DNA from: Vairimorpha necatrix
Lineage: Eukaryota
NCBI GenBank assembly: GCA_036630325.1
Contig: CP142729.1
Location: forward strand, 248,001-312,000
Direction: 5' to 3'
DNA: 64,000 bases
Part shown: in pieces, positions 1-11,351 of the stretch
Layout of the letters: each line of letters opens with the position of its first letter
Position numbering within the stretch: position 1 is the first letter of the stretch
Made by a program: the position numbers and the translations under genes
The notes under the pieces: generated by a model
What the model saw: only the letters and a program-made list of their open reading frames with translations
Told to the model about the DNA's origin: nothing
Database searches by the model: none

Positions 1-54
1 AACTACAGTCATAATTATTACCTACAGGTTATTTCCATAACTAATTTGGTAGAA

Positions 55-745
55 CAGATGTCCCGATGTCGTTCATGGGATTCAGATTTTCATAGCTATA
101 AATCTAGCTTATTGTTTATGTATTAAGTTTTAGGCCGTTTGTTCAATACATATACCTCTTCTAAATATTTTGCGGGCTATTTACTGCACTCTATGTAATA
201 TATTCTTCCTCTCCAGCATATTCCTGTGGCGACCCAAAAGATATTTAGTCTTTTTAAGCACAACCCATAAAATGGATGCTTCAATGAACATAGTCTTGTT
301 TTTTGGTGTATTTTATGTGATATTTGGTAACCATTCTTTTAAATGTCAATACATAAAATACTATTTCTGTCAGATAAATGTAAATGCTCTTGGTAATATG
401 ATTTTTACAATGTTAAGTCGATTAAAGTTATTAGTCCAACTTCAACTAAATTATTTCTTTTAACTCAAGAGTATCATATGATCATGTGCGATATTTATAT
501 TTGTAGATACCTTCGTATCTCCTTTTATCTCCGCACGATCAATTTTCATAATTTTAATATCAGGTTCCCGCTTATCAATCAATACCATATTAAATACATA
601 GTAAGAGTTGGAAGGTCTTAACTACCTCGTTGTATCTTTTCATAAAATCTTAGTTCCATTCGATCCCACTTGGTATCTAAATGATATACAGTCTTTATAT
701 AAGATTCATAACGAAAATATGTTCAAAATTGTCCACAGAGAAACA
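55..745 (-). mobile_element. Degraded 3' fragment of RLE-type (R4/Dong-like) non-LTR retrotransposon
   Basis: Broken minus-strand frames give IMKIDRAEIKGDTKVSTNINIAH, LVEVG, TEIVFYVLTFKRMVTKYHIKY and IEASILWVVLKKT, collinear with the protein at 48498..49398. DNA similarity is also visible (CATGGGATTCAG; CTACCTCGTTGT..TCTTTTCATA). Boundaries approximate. Confidence 0.8.
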
Positions 746-1976
746 AAAATTCATAAAATTTATTTTGAACTTGACGATTCTCTGATTTTTTTACATTTGA
801 TGATCTACCCCAATTCAAAAGCTCAAGATATAAAAATATAAAGAAAAGATGTTTTCGGTAAATTTTACTGAAAACTAGTCTATCTAGAACCTTTTATTTC
901 TCTGAGTTATAATAATTTTCGATAAAATTAACATGTCGTAGAAAGACAGTCTACACTAAATATCTACTCGCCAAACTCAGGACATCTTATTGCTTGTTTT
1001 AAAATTAAAACCTGATGCTAATTAAATGTGTGATATTTCTGAGCTCACACATATATTTACAAAAATGTATTTGACACAATAAAATGCATTAAAGAAAAAA
1101 AAACAATTATTAACAATGCAATAACTACTCTGTTCAATAAGACTAAACTATATAGAAGATGCATATTACATATCCCATACAGAACAAGATGCCAAATCTG
1201 AAATGCGTGATTTTGGGTTGTTTATAGCGTCAAACAGTTTTCTATAAATTACACAATTAAATTGTACCTTTTAAGGACAGGGCTAATTAAGAAATGTGTC
1301 TTATAAAATATTACTACAAAATTTATGTTTATAATCATACCTTTCTTTACTATGACTTTGTAAAATATGCTTTGACAAAGTTTGGCACATTTGTCAATAT
1401 TTAGGTATGAATACAGTATTTCTATCTTGTATATTTTTCTAACCCTGTGATTTTGAATTTAAGGAACGGATATTTGATTTGTAAACATTTTTCAGTTTTA
1501 AAAAGTCACTTATTATTTATCTGATTGAATTGATTCTTATATAAGAAAGCACAAATTTTTTCTTGAATATATCTCAAATGATATTTTTGTTTTAGTAAAT
1601 TTCTATTTGTTTATGCTCATTAAATTTTAAACATCTTTAAATTGCATGTTAAATTTCTTTTTGTTAATTTAAACACTGATCTAGAGTGGCTAGATGGTTT
1701 TCAAGTCTTTTATAAACTTGTCTTTCCCGATATACATCTAAATCTTCTCTCATTGGTCATTCAATTTATTTTCTCATTAAATTGACAATATCTATCTTGG
1801 CCTTGTTTTTTTTATTTTTCTCTACACTCAGTTATATTTTAAATTATAAATATTTCTGTTTTACTAGATTACATTCTACTTCTCTTTCTCATGATATCCT
1901 CTTTGTTTCTTTGTGTTTCATGTTTTTATTTGTCTTTTTTTTTATATTTATTTTTCTTTGATTATTTTTTTATACC

Positions 1977-4190
1977 ATGATATCTCAAAACGAAAGAAAA
2001 CAGATAATTCTCCATCTCTTTAAACTGTTAAAAGACTCTCAAATCTTCAGTGACCACCCAGAAGATAAAATGAAAGAAGCTGCTTTAAAGTCCGAGCAGA
2101 AAGTATTTGACACTAGTAAAACCAAAGAAGAATATCTTAAGAGTATGAAGAATAAATGTGATAAGATATTAAAGAATACTAAAATTGTAGAGAATAAGAA
2201 AGAAGATGTTAATTTACATACTAGATTGATAACAGGACCAATGACGAGGAATAATGGGAAAGAGAGTCAGAATGTAGGTCATAGGAATGTGCATCCAGAG
2301 TTTGTAAGGAATAATGAGATGAATATGTATAGAAGAAATAGTGACAATATTAACGACAATGAGAGACAACATGTGGAATATAATAGTAAGACGCCTGATA
2401 TGAATGAAAGATTAAGAAGGCCACCATATGAGAAAGATATGAACTACAATAGAGAAGGAACATATAATAGGGAAGCGAGACCAATATTTCAAGGCAGACT
2501 TATCCATGGCGACAGACTAAATCCAGTAGAAAGGCCACACCATGGCGAGAGACCACTACACGGCGACAGACTACACCATGGCGACAGAATAAACCATGGC
2601 GAGAGACTAAATCCAACAGAAAGGCCAAATCATCACGATAGAGCACCACATGTAAACAGACCGCCACATGTAGACAGACCGCCTTATCAAGACAGACCCC
2701 CATATGTAGAAAGACCACCATATGTAGAAAGACCACCACATGTAAACAGGCAATTATATACAGACAGACACTCTTACCAAGACAAACAATATTTTGAAAC
2801 TAGACACTCTTATCAAGACAGACAACATTATGATCTCCCGCCCCATTTCGCCAGAAAAGGCGCATCTTGTAACTTCGGAGATTTACCAAGTGCAACTCAC
2901 AACTCTGACCAGGCATATTTCTATAAGAAATTTATACAGTCTAACCCACCACAAAATAATATAAAAAGGCCACCAATAGGACAAAGTTATGAGACACAAA
3001 CACCCAACTCAATAGGACAAAGTTATGAAATGAAAAAGCAACCAGTAGAAAATTACATTAATGAGAAATTAATACAGAATGGGTTCAATAAACAACCATC
3101 GGGAGAAAATTACATTAATGAGAAATTAATACAGAATGGATATATGAGAGAAAAAAATTTTGTAAATGAAAAATTAATAGGCAATGGAATATTTAGAGGA
3201 GAAAGGGAACTAGATAAAAATTTTATATCTGAAAAATCAATACAAAATGGATTTAATAGAGAGCGTGAAATAAGTAGCGAAAAATCACTAAAAAATGGAA
3301 TTTTGAGGGGCGAAATTGGTCTAGAAAAAAATTTTATATCTGAAAAAACAATCGGAAGTGGATTTAATAGAGAGCGAGAAATAAGTAATGAAAATAATTT
3401 TATGTCCGAAAAATTAATAGGAAATGGTTTTGTGAGAGACAATCGAAAGAAAATAAATGAAGATTTTATACGAGAAGATATAAAACGAGAAAAAATTACA
3501 AGAGAAGAAAAAAATAATCAAAATTTTATAAGGGAAGAAAATACTTTTAGAAAAGATAATGGACAAGGAAATTCTATACAAGAAAGAAATCTGTTACATG
3601 AAAAAATCAATCAAAATTTTATAAGGGAAGAAAATAATATTAGAAAAGACAGTGGTAGAGGAGATTTAGAACGAGAAAATAATAATTTTATTAATAATGG
3701 AAATAAAAATAGCTCAAATTTTATTAGAGAAGAAATCAAAGGAAATAAAAACATTCCAGATTTTATAGAGCCTCAAAGAAATAATTATAATACAAATGTA
3801 AGAGATAATTATATTAAAGGAGATAATTATATTAAAAGAGATAATATCTTGCCTGTAATGATAAATGACGAATTAGTAGATTTACAGTCTTTTATGTCTA
3901 ATACTCAGAGTATAAATCTGTCCCCTGAAGATATTAAATCTTTATCAGATCTCCTTGCTACACTAGAGGAAGATTCCCCCGTAAGCCCAGAAATATTTAA
4001 GAGATTGAAAATACAGAAGGAATTATTAAAGTATAAATATTATTTCATGACTTATGAAGAAGCTTCTAAGGATCTGCAAGAAGAAATCAAATTTGTAAAG
4101 TACGAGGAGGCACTAGAGACGATCTACTCAGTATTTACAAGTAAAAGGAAGCAAGACGAGGAATGGACACTAGATCTAAGGAAGGAATAA
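1977..4190 (+). CDS. KIX-domain protein, Mediator Med15/Gal11-like, with long repetitive disordered middle
   Basis: 737-aa ORF. The N-terminal ~70 aa (ERKQIILHL...AALKSEQKVFDTSKTKEEYLKSMKNK) fit the three-helix KIX pattern. CC immediately before ATG; AATAAA overlaps the stop. Confidence 0.6.
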   Translation: MISQNERKQIILHLFKLLKDSQIFSDHPEDKMKEAALKSEQKVFDTSKTKEEYLKSMKNKCDKILKNTKIVENKKEDVNLHTRLITGPMTRNNGKESQNVGHRNVHPEFVRNNEMNMYRRNSDNINDNERQHVEYNSKTPDMNERLRRPPYEKDMNYNREGTYNREARPIFQGRLIHGDRLNPVERPHHGERPLHGDRLHHGDRINHGERLNPTERPNHHDRAPHVNRPPHVDRPPYQDRPPYVERPPYVERPPHVNRQLYTDRHSYQDKQYFETRHSYQDRQHYDLPPHFARKGASCNFGDLPSATHNSDQAYFYKKFIQSNPPQNNIKRPPIGQSYETQTPNSIGQSYEMKKQPVENYINEKLIQNGFNKQPSGENYINEKLIQNGYMREKNFVNEKLIGNGIFRGERELDKNFISEKSIQNGFNREREISSEKSLKNGILRGEIGLEKNFISEKTIGSGFNREREISNENNFMSEKLIGNGFVRDNRKKINEDFIREDIKREKITREEKNNQNFIREENTFRKDNGQGNSIQERNLLHEKINQNFIREENNIRKDSGRGDLERENNNFINNGNKNSSNFIREEIKGNKNIPDFIEPQRNNYNTNVRDNYIKGDNYIKRDNILPVMINDELVDLQSFMSNTQSINLSPEDIKSLSDLLATLEEDSPVSPEIFKRLKIQKELLKYKYYFMTYEEASKDLQEEIKFVKYEEALETIYSVFTSKRKQDEEWTLDLRKE
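2503..2830 (+). repeat. In-frame degenerate 18-bp (6-aa) tandem repeat within the KIX-protein gene
   Basis: Units HGDRL/HGERP/PPHVDR/PPYVER/SYQDR in the protein; CATGGCGAC/GAGA and CCACCATATGTAGAAAGA in the DNA. Confidence 0.85.
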
Positions 4191-4394
4191 ATATTATATA
4201 TTGTAACATAAAGTCTAATTATTATCTTCAAATTTATTTAAGTCTTATTAAGTTATGATTAATAATTTGATATGAATTAGTTTTTGAATAAACCTTGTTT
4301 TTTTTACATCTCTTTTTACTTTTTAAAATGCAATATTAAATTCGTAAATGGCTAATAAAAAAGAGTCCTTTCTCTAGTTTAATATATTTGTTTA

Positions 4395-5552
4395 TTAAAT
4401 GCCTATAAGTTCCTCATATTCCTCTTTGCTTATATTCAGGTCTTTATATTCCATCTTCTCTATAAACTCCAGTGCTATCTCCAGTATTTTTATATAATAC
4501 TAGCGTATGCTTTCCCGTTTTAAAAACGGTATTAATATATTTGGTTTATGGCATTTACTTCCTCATATATTTTTTTGAGTTTCCATTTTGGTTTAAATAA
4601 TTGAAAGAAATTGTATTTAGAAATCCAATTTTTAGTAGCATATAAGAAGTAAAGTTGAGTTAAAAACACTTATGAGTCTCATTTAAATAATTCTGGGAAT
4701 TTCTAAGCTCAATTTTCGACACTTATAAACAACTTTTTTTTGGTACATGTTTTGTAAATTTTTTTCGTAGAAGGGTTAAATAAATTCTAAAAAACGATTC
4801 TGACGATATTTTGGAACTGAGTTTTACAAAAATAATAATCAAAATTAAAAAGTATTAACTAATAACATACACACTTACGATAGTCAAAATCCTATATTGG
4901 GTTTATATTTGATATTCAAAAAACACCAAAAGCAAAAAATTTATGGTGTGAAAATTTCAAAACCAAGAAAAAGAAGGGTAAAAAATTAAATAAAATTCTT
5001 TTATATATATGATTCTACTTCTGACTCATTCCTCTTTATTCTGTGCCCGCAATTTATGAAGATTCTCCTTCTATAATCTCTCATGTACTTGACTAGTACT
5101 CTGAGATCTTTTATATTGCTCTTTATTATTGTGTAGACTAGAATATTCAGGAGATCATCTTGTACTTCTTTATTATTTCTAATAATGAAATCCAGATATT
5201 TATTTAATATTTGAGAAGGCGACTTACAAAATTTTATACTTTTAAATATCTCCACATTATTATCTACATCATCTATAACATTATTCAAATTATTTGATCT
5301 TTCTTGAATATTTAAGTGGCGTGGTAGAAGTCTCTCTTTATACAAGTCTATCTTAGTGTTTAATAAATAATCTGACTCGTGTCTGGCGAAATATTCCTCA
5401 TAGAAAGATGAGAATATCTCATCTTCTAATAAGTCAAGAGACTTGTCACAGAGGAACTTGGACTTATTAGAAATATAAAAATCTTGTAGACTGGAAGGAT
5501 TTAGTAAGAGAACATTAAGAGACGGGATAATCGAGGAGGTATTCTTATACAT
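4395..5552 (-). pseudogene. VPS9-domain (Rab5 GEF-like) gene interrupted by a Helitron
   Basis: 5552..5013 encodes ...QDDLLNILVYTIIKSNI...ESEVE. 4499..4395 continues in frame as YYIKILEIALEFIEKMEYKDLNISKEEYEELIGI*. Joined, this gives a 214-aa protein with the VPS9 motifs (DDLL.L.Y.IIK.N; E..YY...LE.AL.FI). Confidence 0.8.
4500..5012 (-). mobile_element. Non-autonomous Helitron, 513 bp
   Basis: On the minus strand it starts TC (5012-5011) and ends CTAG (4503-4500). Palindrome CCGTTTT-A-AAAACGG (4515..4529) lies 11 nt from the CTAG. Inserted between host A and T with no TSD; removing it restores the host ORF exactly. Confidence 0.9.
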
Positions 5553-5656
5553 AGTAAATAAACAAAAAAATAATATAAAAAAATATAAATATTAAAAGAC
5601 AAATTTGTAGTAATATTATATATTAATTCTCTTCTTACCCTTTTTTATATTTTATA

Positions 5657-6025
5657 ATGTACAAAATCATGTTCTTTCTAAATATAAAAAGAGAGTCTTT
5701 ATACTGCCTTCTTATCCAATTTAGTCCAATAAAAGACATAAATTCTAAACATCTCATTGTAGAATATTACAACAAGAAAGACATGAATTACAGTCTAGAA
5801 ATGATAAATGAGACAAAAATAAACGGGAAATATATAAAATATAAAATACTGAATGATACATGTATTTATAAAAAACCAAATACTAAATATTTAGAAATAT
5901 TCGAGAAATTTAGAACTAAAAAGGTAGGGGAGAAAATAAGATTTGAGAATGAAGAAGAAATGGAGAAAGTGAGAGAAATATTAAAAAAGGAATATGTTAA
6001 CCACAAGAAAATTAAAATAAAATGA
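5657..6025 (+). CDS. Small RRM-like protein (divergent U1A/U2B'' or Hsh49/SF3B4-like)
   Basis: 122 aa. RESLYCLLIQFSPIKDI...IVEYYNKKDMNYSLEMINETKINGKYIK resembles the helix1/beta3/helix2 pattern of spliceosomal RRMs. CCC upstream at ~5638. Confidence 0.45.
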   Translation: MYKIMFFLNIKRESLYCLLIQFSPIKDINSKHLIVEYYNKKDMNYSLEMINETKINGKYIKYKILNDTCIYKKPNTKYLEIFEKFRTKKVGEKIRFENEEEMEKVREILKKEYVNHKKIKIK

Positions 6026-6039
6026 ATGAATTCAGTATG

Positions 6040-6240
6040 TTATAATATTAATAAATTTAGTATATAAAATTTGGTATGAATAAATTTAGTATGTTTTAAT
6101 TTGGTATTAATTAAATTTAAAATATATAAATTTAAAATGAATAAATTTAAAATATATAAATTTGTTGTTATTAAAATTTAAAATGAATAAATTTGGTATT
6201 AATAAAATAAATCAGCATGAATAAAATTTAAAAATCAAAT
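6040..6240. repeat. Degenerate AT-rich short tandem repeats (ATAAATTT-based)
   Basis: Repeated AATAAATTTAGTAT / ATGAATAAATTT / AAATTTGGTAT units. Confidence 0.65.
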
Positions 6241-6614
6241 ATTTAAAAAACATAAAAAAAATATTTGGCGTATTTTCCCGAAATTGTGCCAGTGGCAAGA
6301 AAGCATTCAAAAATGAACGGAAATGAAAACCTTCTATTCCCATGGTAGGGGTAAATGTAGATGAATATTGTTAGAGGCGTCATAGGCCTGAGATGTAGTA
6401 TGGCTTTGTAATTCTTAGGCATCGTGTTTAGCCATGAATTTATATAAATTGGAAGTAACCAAGAGAAGTTGAAGTTATTATGAATCTCTAACTGAGAGAG
6501 GTGTTTGACAAATTTGAAATTAGATCGGCATTTCATCATTTATTGGTCACCATAAAACAGCATAAATTCAACATGATCAAAATATTTAATATTTTCATTT
6601 TTTTGGACCCCAAA

Positions 6615-7328
6615 ATGCAGAATAAAAAATTCAACAGAAATGCTAAGGAAGAAGAATGGGTCCCAAAAACCAAACTTGGGAAACTTGTCAAAGATCGTAA
6701 AATACAATCTCTTGACACTATTTTCACTCACTCTCTACAAATCAGAGAAGCAGGAATAGTCGACTTTCTTTTGGGCCAAAATATTAGAGACGAAGTACTC
6801 GCCATAAAATCAGTCCAGAAACAAACAAGAGCTGGCCAAAAAACAAGTATTAAAGCAGTAGTGGCTATAGGTGATGGTAAAGGATATGTAGGCATAGGTA
6901 CATTCAGTAGTAAAGACGCTGCGACTGCTATAAAAACAGCAGCTTCTAAAGCTAAATGTAACATCAGACCAGTCAGGCTGGGCTTATGGCAAGGAGAAAT
7001 GGGACAAGTTCACACTGTCACGACAAGAGCGTCAGGGAAATGTGGGAGCTCAGTGGTGAAAATCATACCTGCTCCTAAAGGGACAGGAATAAGTGCGTCA
7101 AGTGTGCCTAAGACTATATTGGAACTAGCAGGAGTAAAAGATGCGTACACTCAATGTTTTGGGGCGACTTATACGACAGAAAACTTTGCAAAGGCTACTA
7201 TTGAAGCATTAGAGAAGAGTAGTAGTTTATTCTTACCAAGTCAATGGACTGAGCCTATAAAACAACTTAATCCTTTAATGGAGTTTAGTAATCATTTAAA
7301 CAAGCAAGAGAAGATACAATTTAATTAA
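6615..7328 (+). CDS. RPS2: 40S ribosomal protein S2 (uS5)
   Basis: [15 protein letters not shown]...[10 protein letters not shown]...[22 protein letters not shown]. Start placed at ATG 6615 after CCCCAAA. Confidence 0.97.
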
Positions 7329-7444
7329 AATAATTTAATAAACAAAATATCTTTTTAAAGTTTAAATTAGTTTGATTTATATTTTATAAAGAACAGTTAA
7401 TTTCTCTATAAAGTTATGTATTCTTTTATTATATACTACATTGG

Positions 7445-7647
7445 ATGAATTTGTTTGTTTCGTACGGGGACAAAAAATATTTTGCATAAACGCATAAATA
7501 AATAAGACTCTTATTAGATGTATATGAATTTGTTTGTTTTTTTACAGGTACAAAAAATATTTTGCATAAAAAACAAATAAAAAAGACTTTTATTCATGAA
7601 TTTGTTTGTTTCGTACGGGGACAAAAAATATGCTGTATAAAAAACAA
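7445..7647. repeat. Three ~72-79 bp direct repeats upstream of SPT6
   Basis: ATGAATTTGTTTGTTT(CGTACGGGG)ACAAAAAATAT at 7445, 7524 and 7596. Confidence 0.9.
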
Positions 7648-7700
7648 TCCACTTTTATTCTACTTTTCATATTTATTTCTTCTTCAATTTCTGCCCTTAA

Positions 7701-9593
7701 ATGTCAGATTCCACAGACGAGGAAATCATAAAAAGAAGAAGAAAACCATCTACTCATAAAAAACACAAAAATCTCCAAAATCTTTTTGATGACGACTCAA
7801 GTGTCTCATCTTTGGAATATGTCCCAGAAGACACAAAACAGAACAATTTATTCTTTGAATTATTTGGTACAGGAGAAGAATATTTTTACATTTTTCAAGA
7901 AAAAAAACCAGAGGAAAAAATAGAACCAAAACAAGAGACAAATATTGAAGATCTTGTGTCATACATCAAAAATAGGCATAATTATTCTGATATTGAGTCA
8001 ATTTGCGAATTATATTTAAGTGGGTATAATATGAATTATATATTTTTTTATAAAACTGATAATATTGATTTCTATGAATATCTTGATATAATTCAAGATA
8101 TTAAATTTTTTATATCTAAATCTTCTGGTAAATTTAATAAAGAAATATTTAATATTTTCTTTGATAGAATTTATAATGGGAAAATAAGCTTGTGTGAAGG
8201 CGAGAAACTTGTCAGTATCACCAAAGACAAGTCTGTCATAAAAGGCGTCATTTTAGACCATCTTGGGAATTTAGTAGACAAATTTAATTCTTACGATAAT
8301 AAAATCGAGTCTTTTTTAGACGAATTAAATCCGAAATATGTGCTAGTTTCTGGATATAATAATTCAGTAAAGGCACTAGTTCAGTTACTAATAAAATACA
8401 GAATATTTTATATGGAAAGTAAATATTTCCCAAATTTCAATATTTATGAGAAACTGGTACAAGTAGGCAAATTGGGCTTATTTCCAGAAATAACATTCAT
8501 AAAATTATACAGAAATATACATTTTAGAACTAAAAATGACGAAGAAGATCAAACACTTAAATATGATGATCTTTGTTACAAAGAATATCAAAATAATGAA
8601 GAAATGGCAAATACAATAAAAACAGCTATTAGTTCTGTCATAGCAGTCGCAAAAATAAATCTAAAATTTTTATTTCAATCGGAAAATAAACTAGAAATCT
8701 TAGATTTCTTAGGATTAAAAAACTGCACAAGAATCTTTGAAAAAGATTCTTACGAAAACGAAGAAGAAATCAAAAAAATTTTAAAAGACGAAATTTTATA
8801 TAAAAATTTCATGACATTTTTCTCTCTTCATACAAAACACTCAACTACTTTCAAAGGCTTCACTGATAGTTTTATTTTTAAAGAACTAATTAATATAAAA
8901 ATTAATTCTGTAAAAGATTTAATAAACAAAGAAGTAGAAGGTACTATATTCTTAGTAGACGAGTTTTACATCTTAGTAAACATTTTAAACAACATAACTT
9001 GTTATGTAAGAACTACTGATAAATATTATTTAAACCAAATAGTAAAAATCAAAATTATAGAAATTAACGAAGCATTCTTAAGTTTCACTGGTGAAATAAC
9101 AAATAATAATAAATCTGTCCAGAAGATTGTAAAACACCCTTTACTTTATAATTTGAACAGTAAAGAATCAGAAAAAAAATTATTAGAAAATGAAAAAATT
9201 TTTATATTGAGGCAAAGTAACAAAGATGGGAAAATAATAATAGTCCTGAAAATGTATGAAGATATAATTATTCATATAAAAATAGAAGAATACGATAATT
9301 TAGACGAAATTGTCAATAAAAAAGTGAAAAGTATTTTGAGAAACGTGGCTAATATAAAAAAACATAAAAATTTTTATAAAAATGAAGAAGAAGCTGTGAA
9401 TGAAATATCAAGGGAGAGTGAGTTTATAAAATATGGATTTTATCTTACAAAAGATTATCCGGGGAAATTGTGTTTTATTTATAATGGGAAAGGGGTTTGT
9501 AAAGAATATTTAAGTATTGAAAAAATGATAAAATATAAAGGGAAAGAGTTTAATACATTAGAAGAGTTTGTAGAATATAGGAAAAAGATGTAA
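7701..9593 (+). CDS. SPT6: Transcription elongation factor Spt6 (reduced)
   Basis: Acidic N-terminus with ELFGTGEEY, YqgF-like segment, S1-like segment, tandem SH2-like C-terminus (HPLLYNLNSKESEKKL..FILRQS; YDNLDEIV; YGFYLTKDYPGKL). GCCCTTAA before ATG. Confidence 0.85.
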   Translation: MSDSTDEEIIKRRRKPSTHKKHKNLQNLFDDDSSVSSLEYVPEDTKQNNLFFELFGTGEEYFYIFQEKKPEEKIEPKQETNIEDLVSYIKNRHNYSDIESICELYLSGYNMNYIFFYKTDNIDFYEYLDIIQDIKFFISKSSGKFNKEIFNIFFDRIYNGKISLCEGEKLVSITKDKSVIKGVILDHLGNLVDKFNSYDNKIESFLDELNPKYVLVSGYNNSVKALVQLLIKYRIFYMESKYFPNFNIYEKLVQVGKLGLFPEITFIKLYRNIHFRTKNDEEDQTLKYDDLCYKEYQNNEEMANTIKTAISSVIAVAKINLKFLFQSENKLEILDFLGLKNCTRIFEKDSYENEEEIKKILKDEILYKNFMTFFSLHTKHSTTFKGFTDSFIFKELINIKINSVKDLINKEVEGTIFLVDEFYILVNILNNITCYVRTTDKYYLNQIVKIKIIEINEAFLSFTGEITNNNKSVQKIVKHPLLYNLNSKESEKKLLENEKIFILRQSNKDGKIIIVLKMYEDIIIHIKIEEYDNLDEIVNKKVKSILRNVANIKKHKNFYKNEEEAVNEISRESEFIKYGFYLTKDYPGKLCFIYNGKGVCKEYLSIEKMIKYKGKEFNTLEEFVEYRKKM

Positions 9594-11351
9594 TAAAAAA
9601 AGAAACTATTAAACATTAATGATAATATTTAAAACTATAATTTATCATTATATATACTATGAAATTATTTGTTTTTGAAGATTTAATTTCAGAATTAAGT
9701 ATTTGGCTTTTTTTAACAAAAAAAAATTTTAATTAATCCTGAAATTATTTGTTAATCGAATCGTTCAAGTTTTTATAATATTAAAAAACAAAGTTGCCTT
9801 ATAATATTAAAAAACAAATACTTCATGTAAAATTCAATTAAAAAATTTCTTGTGATTTTTTTATACTATGTCTCCGATTTTCTTCGATGAGTGATGAAAT
9901 ATTTCAAATAAACTCTTGAGTTGTAAAAGATAATGTTTAAAATGTATGTAACCTCTTTTAAAAAAAATTAACGGTTTGTCTTGGTTCATTTTAACTTTAA
10001 ATTGCATTTATAAAACAAAATCAAGAATTTAGATTCCTAAAATGGTCCAAAGGTCTTACAATTTTTTTCAATTTAAAAATTACTAATTTTTTTTTCAAAA
10101 GAATAAGTCGATGTTTTATTGTATCATAGCTATTTGGTAGAATTCTCTTTACATTGTTTGAAATGTAAGCATATCAAGATAATAATTTATATACTCTCGT
10201 CATTCTTCATATTTATTAACTAACTTTTTTTAGAAAAATATAATACAATTTATTATATATGACAATGTGATAACTGATTAGCACCAAAATTAGAAAATTG
10301 ATCTCAAACTTGATAGCAGAAGTATATCTCAATTTTTTTCAATATTTTATAATGACACCAATAATTCACTGGAGGCAACATAGAAGCGAAAACAGGCACG
10401 AAAAGACGTTAAATTAAATGAAACGACAGAATAACATTGGTGGAACTATATCTCTGGGACGATATTTATAGGTTTTCTGGCTGATAATACTAAACCTAAT
10501 AGATAAAATGCCTTTGGTTTGAGCTTTAAATATTTCTTATATAAGGTTTGTGTATTTTAAAATTATACAAAGTATAATCAGTTATACGATATTTCATAAT
10601 CGAATTTTGTATATCAATATGTATAGTAAGCATTTATTTTTAAACATAAAACATCTTTAATATTGATTTTATTTTTTTCGCTAAGAATTTATATCTTGGG
10701 AATTATCATGTCGACTTTAAGGCATATAAGCAAGTTCGAAATCTAGAAGTTTAGAAATTGAACGCTGTTCTTTGACTTGCATTGTAAACAGCACATATAT
10801 TATTAATAATTCGATATACAAAAAGCCCCCAAACGCTGACACTGAACTCCATTTTATTCTTGCTCGGAAATAATATTCAAAGACTTAATTATTGTCTTTA
10901 ATATAGCTACAAAATTCTTTATAATCTATAGAATAGAGCTCTGAATGATTTTATTACACTAAAATATTTTGGTCAAAGTATACTCTTCTACACAATATAC
11001 TTATTTTAGAATTTGAATCGTTGTTAATAGATTGTCTTTTCTGCTCTAAGTCAATTTTATTAACAATGATTAAAGCTTAAAGACCCAATATTCAATATTA
11101 ATTTATATGAGAGGCTACCCAAACAAATGCGCTTTTAAATATCTTTGTATTACATAAACACGAGGCTGTAAATTGTTATAGAACAGCGATATTTAACACA
11201 ATTATCATACTAAAAAGATATATGCGAACTAAAAAGTTGCAGTGAAATAAAAATACACTAGATTTTAAAGCAATATCAATAATATTTGCTTTTTTAAAAA
11301 AAAAGGTATGGCGTAATTTTCTCACTAATGAAAATGATAAATAAAAAGAAT

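Noticed and set aside
6385-6410. U2 snRNA (GTAGTA branch-pairing motif)
   Set aside because: The flanking GCTAAGATCAA and TCTGTTCT sequences and stem I are absent.
6501-6614. N-terminal extension of RPS2 (similar extensions at 29498, 38380, 40588, 41989, 59605)
   Set aside because: These come from GTG/TTG or upstream starts in the ORF track; homology and the CCC-ATG context point to the downstream ATGs.
7445-7647. CRISPR-like array
   Set aside because: The 'spacers' are similar to each other, there are only three units, and the context is eukaryotic with no cas genes.
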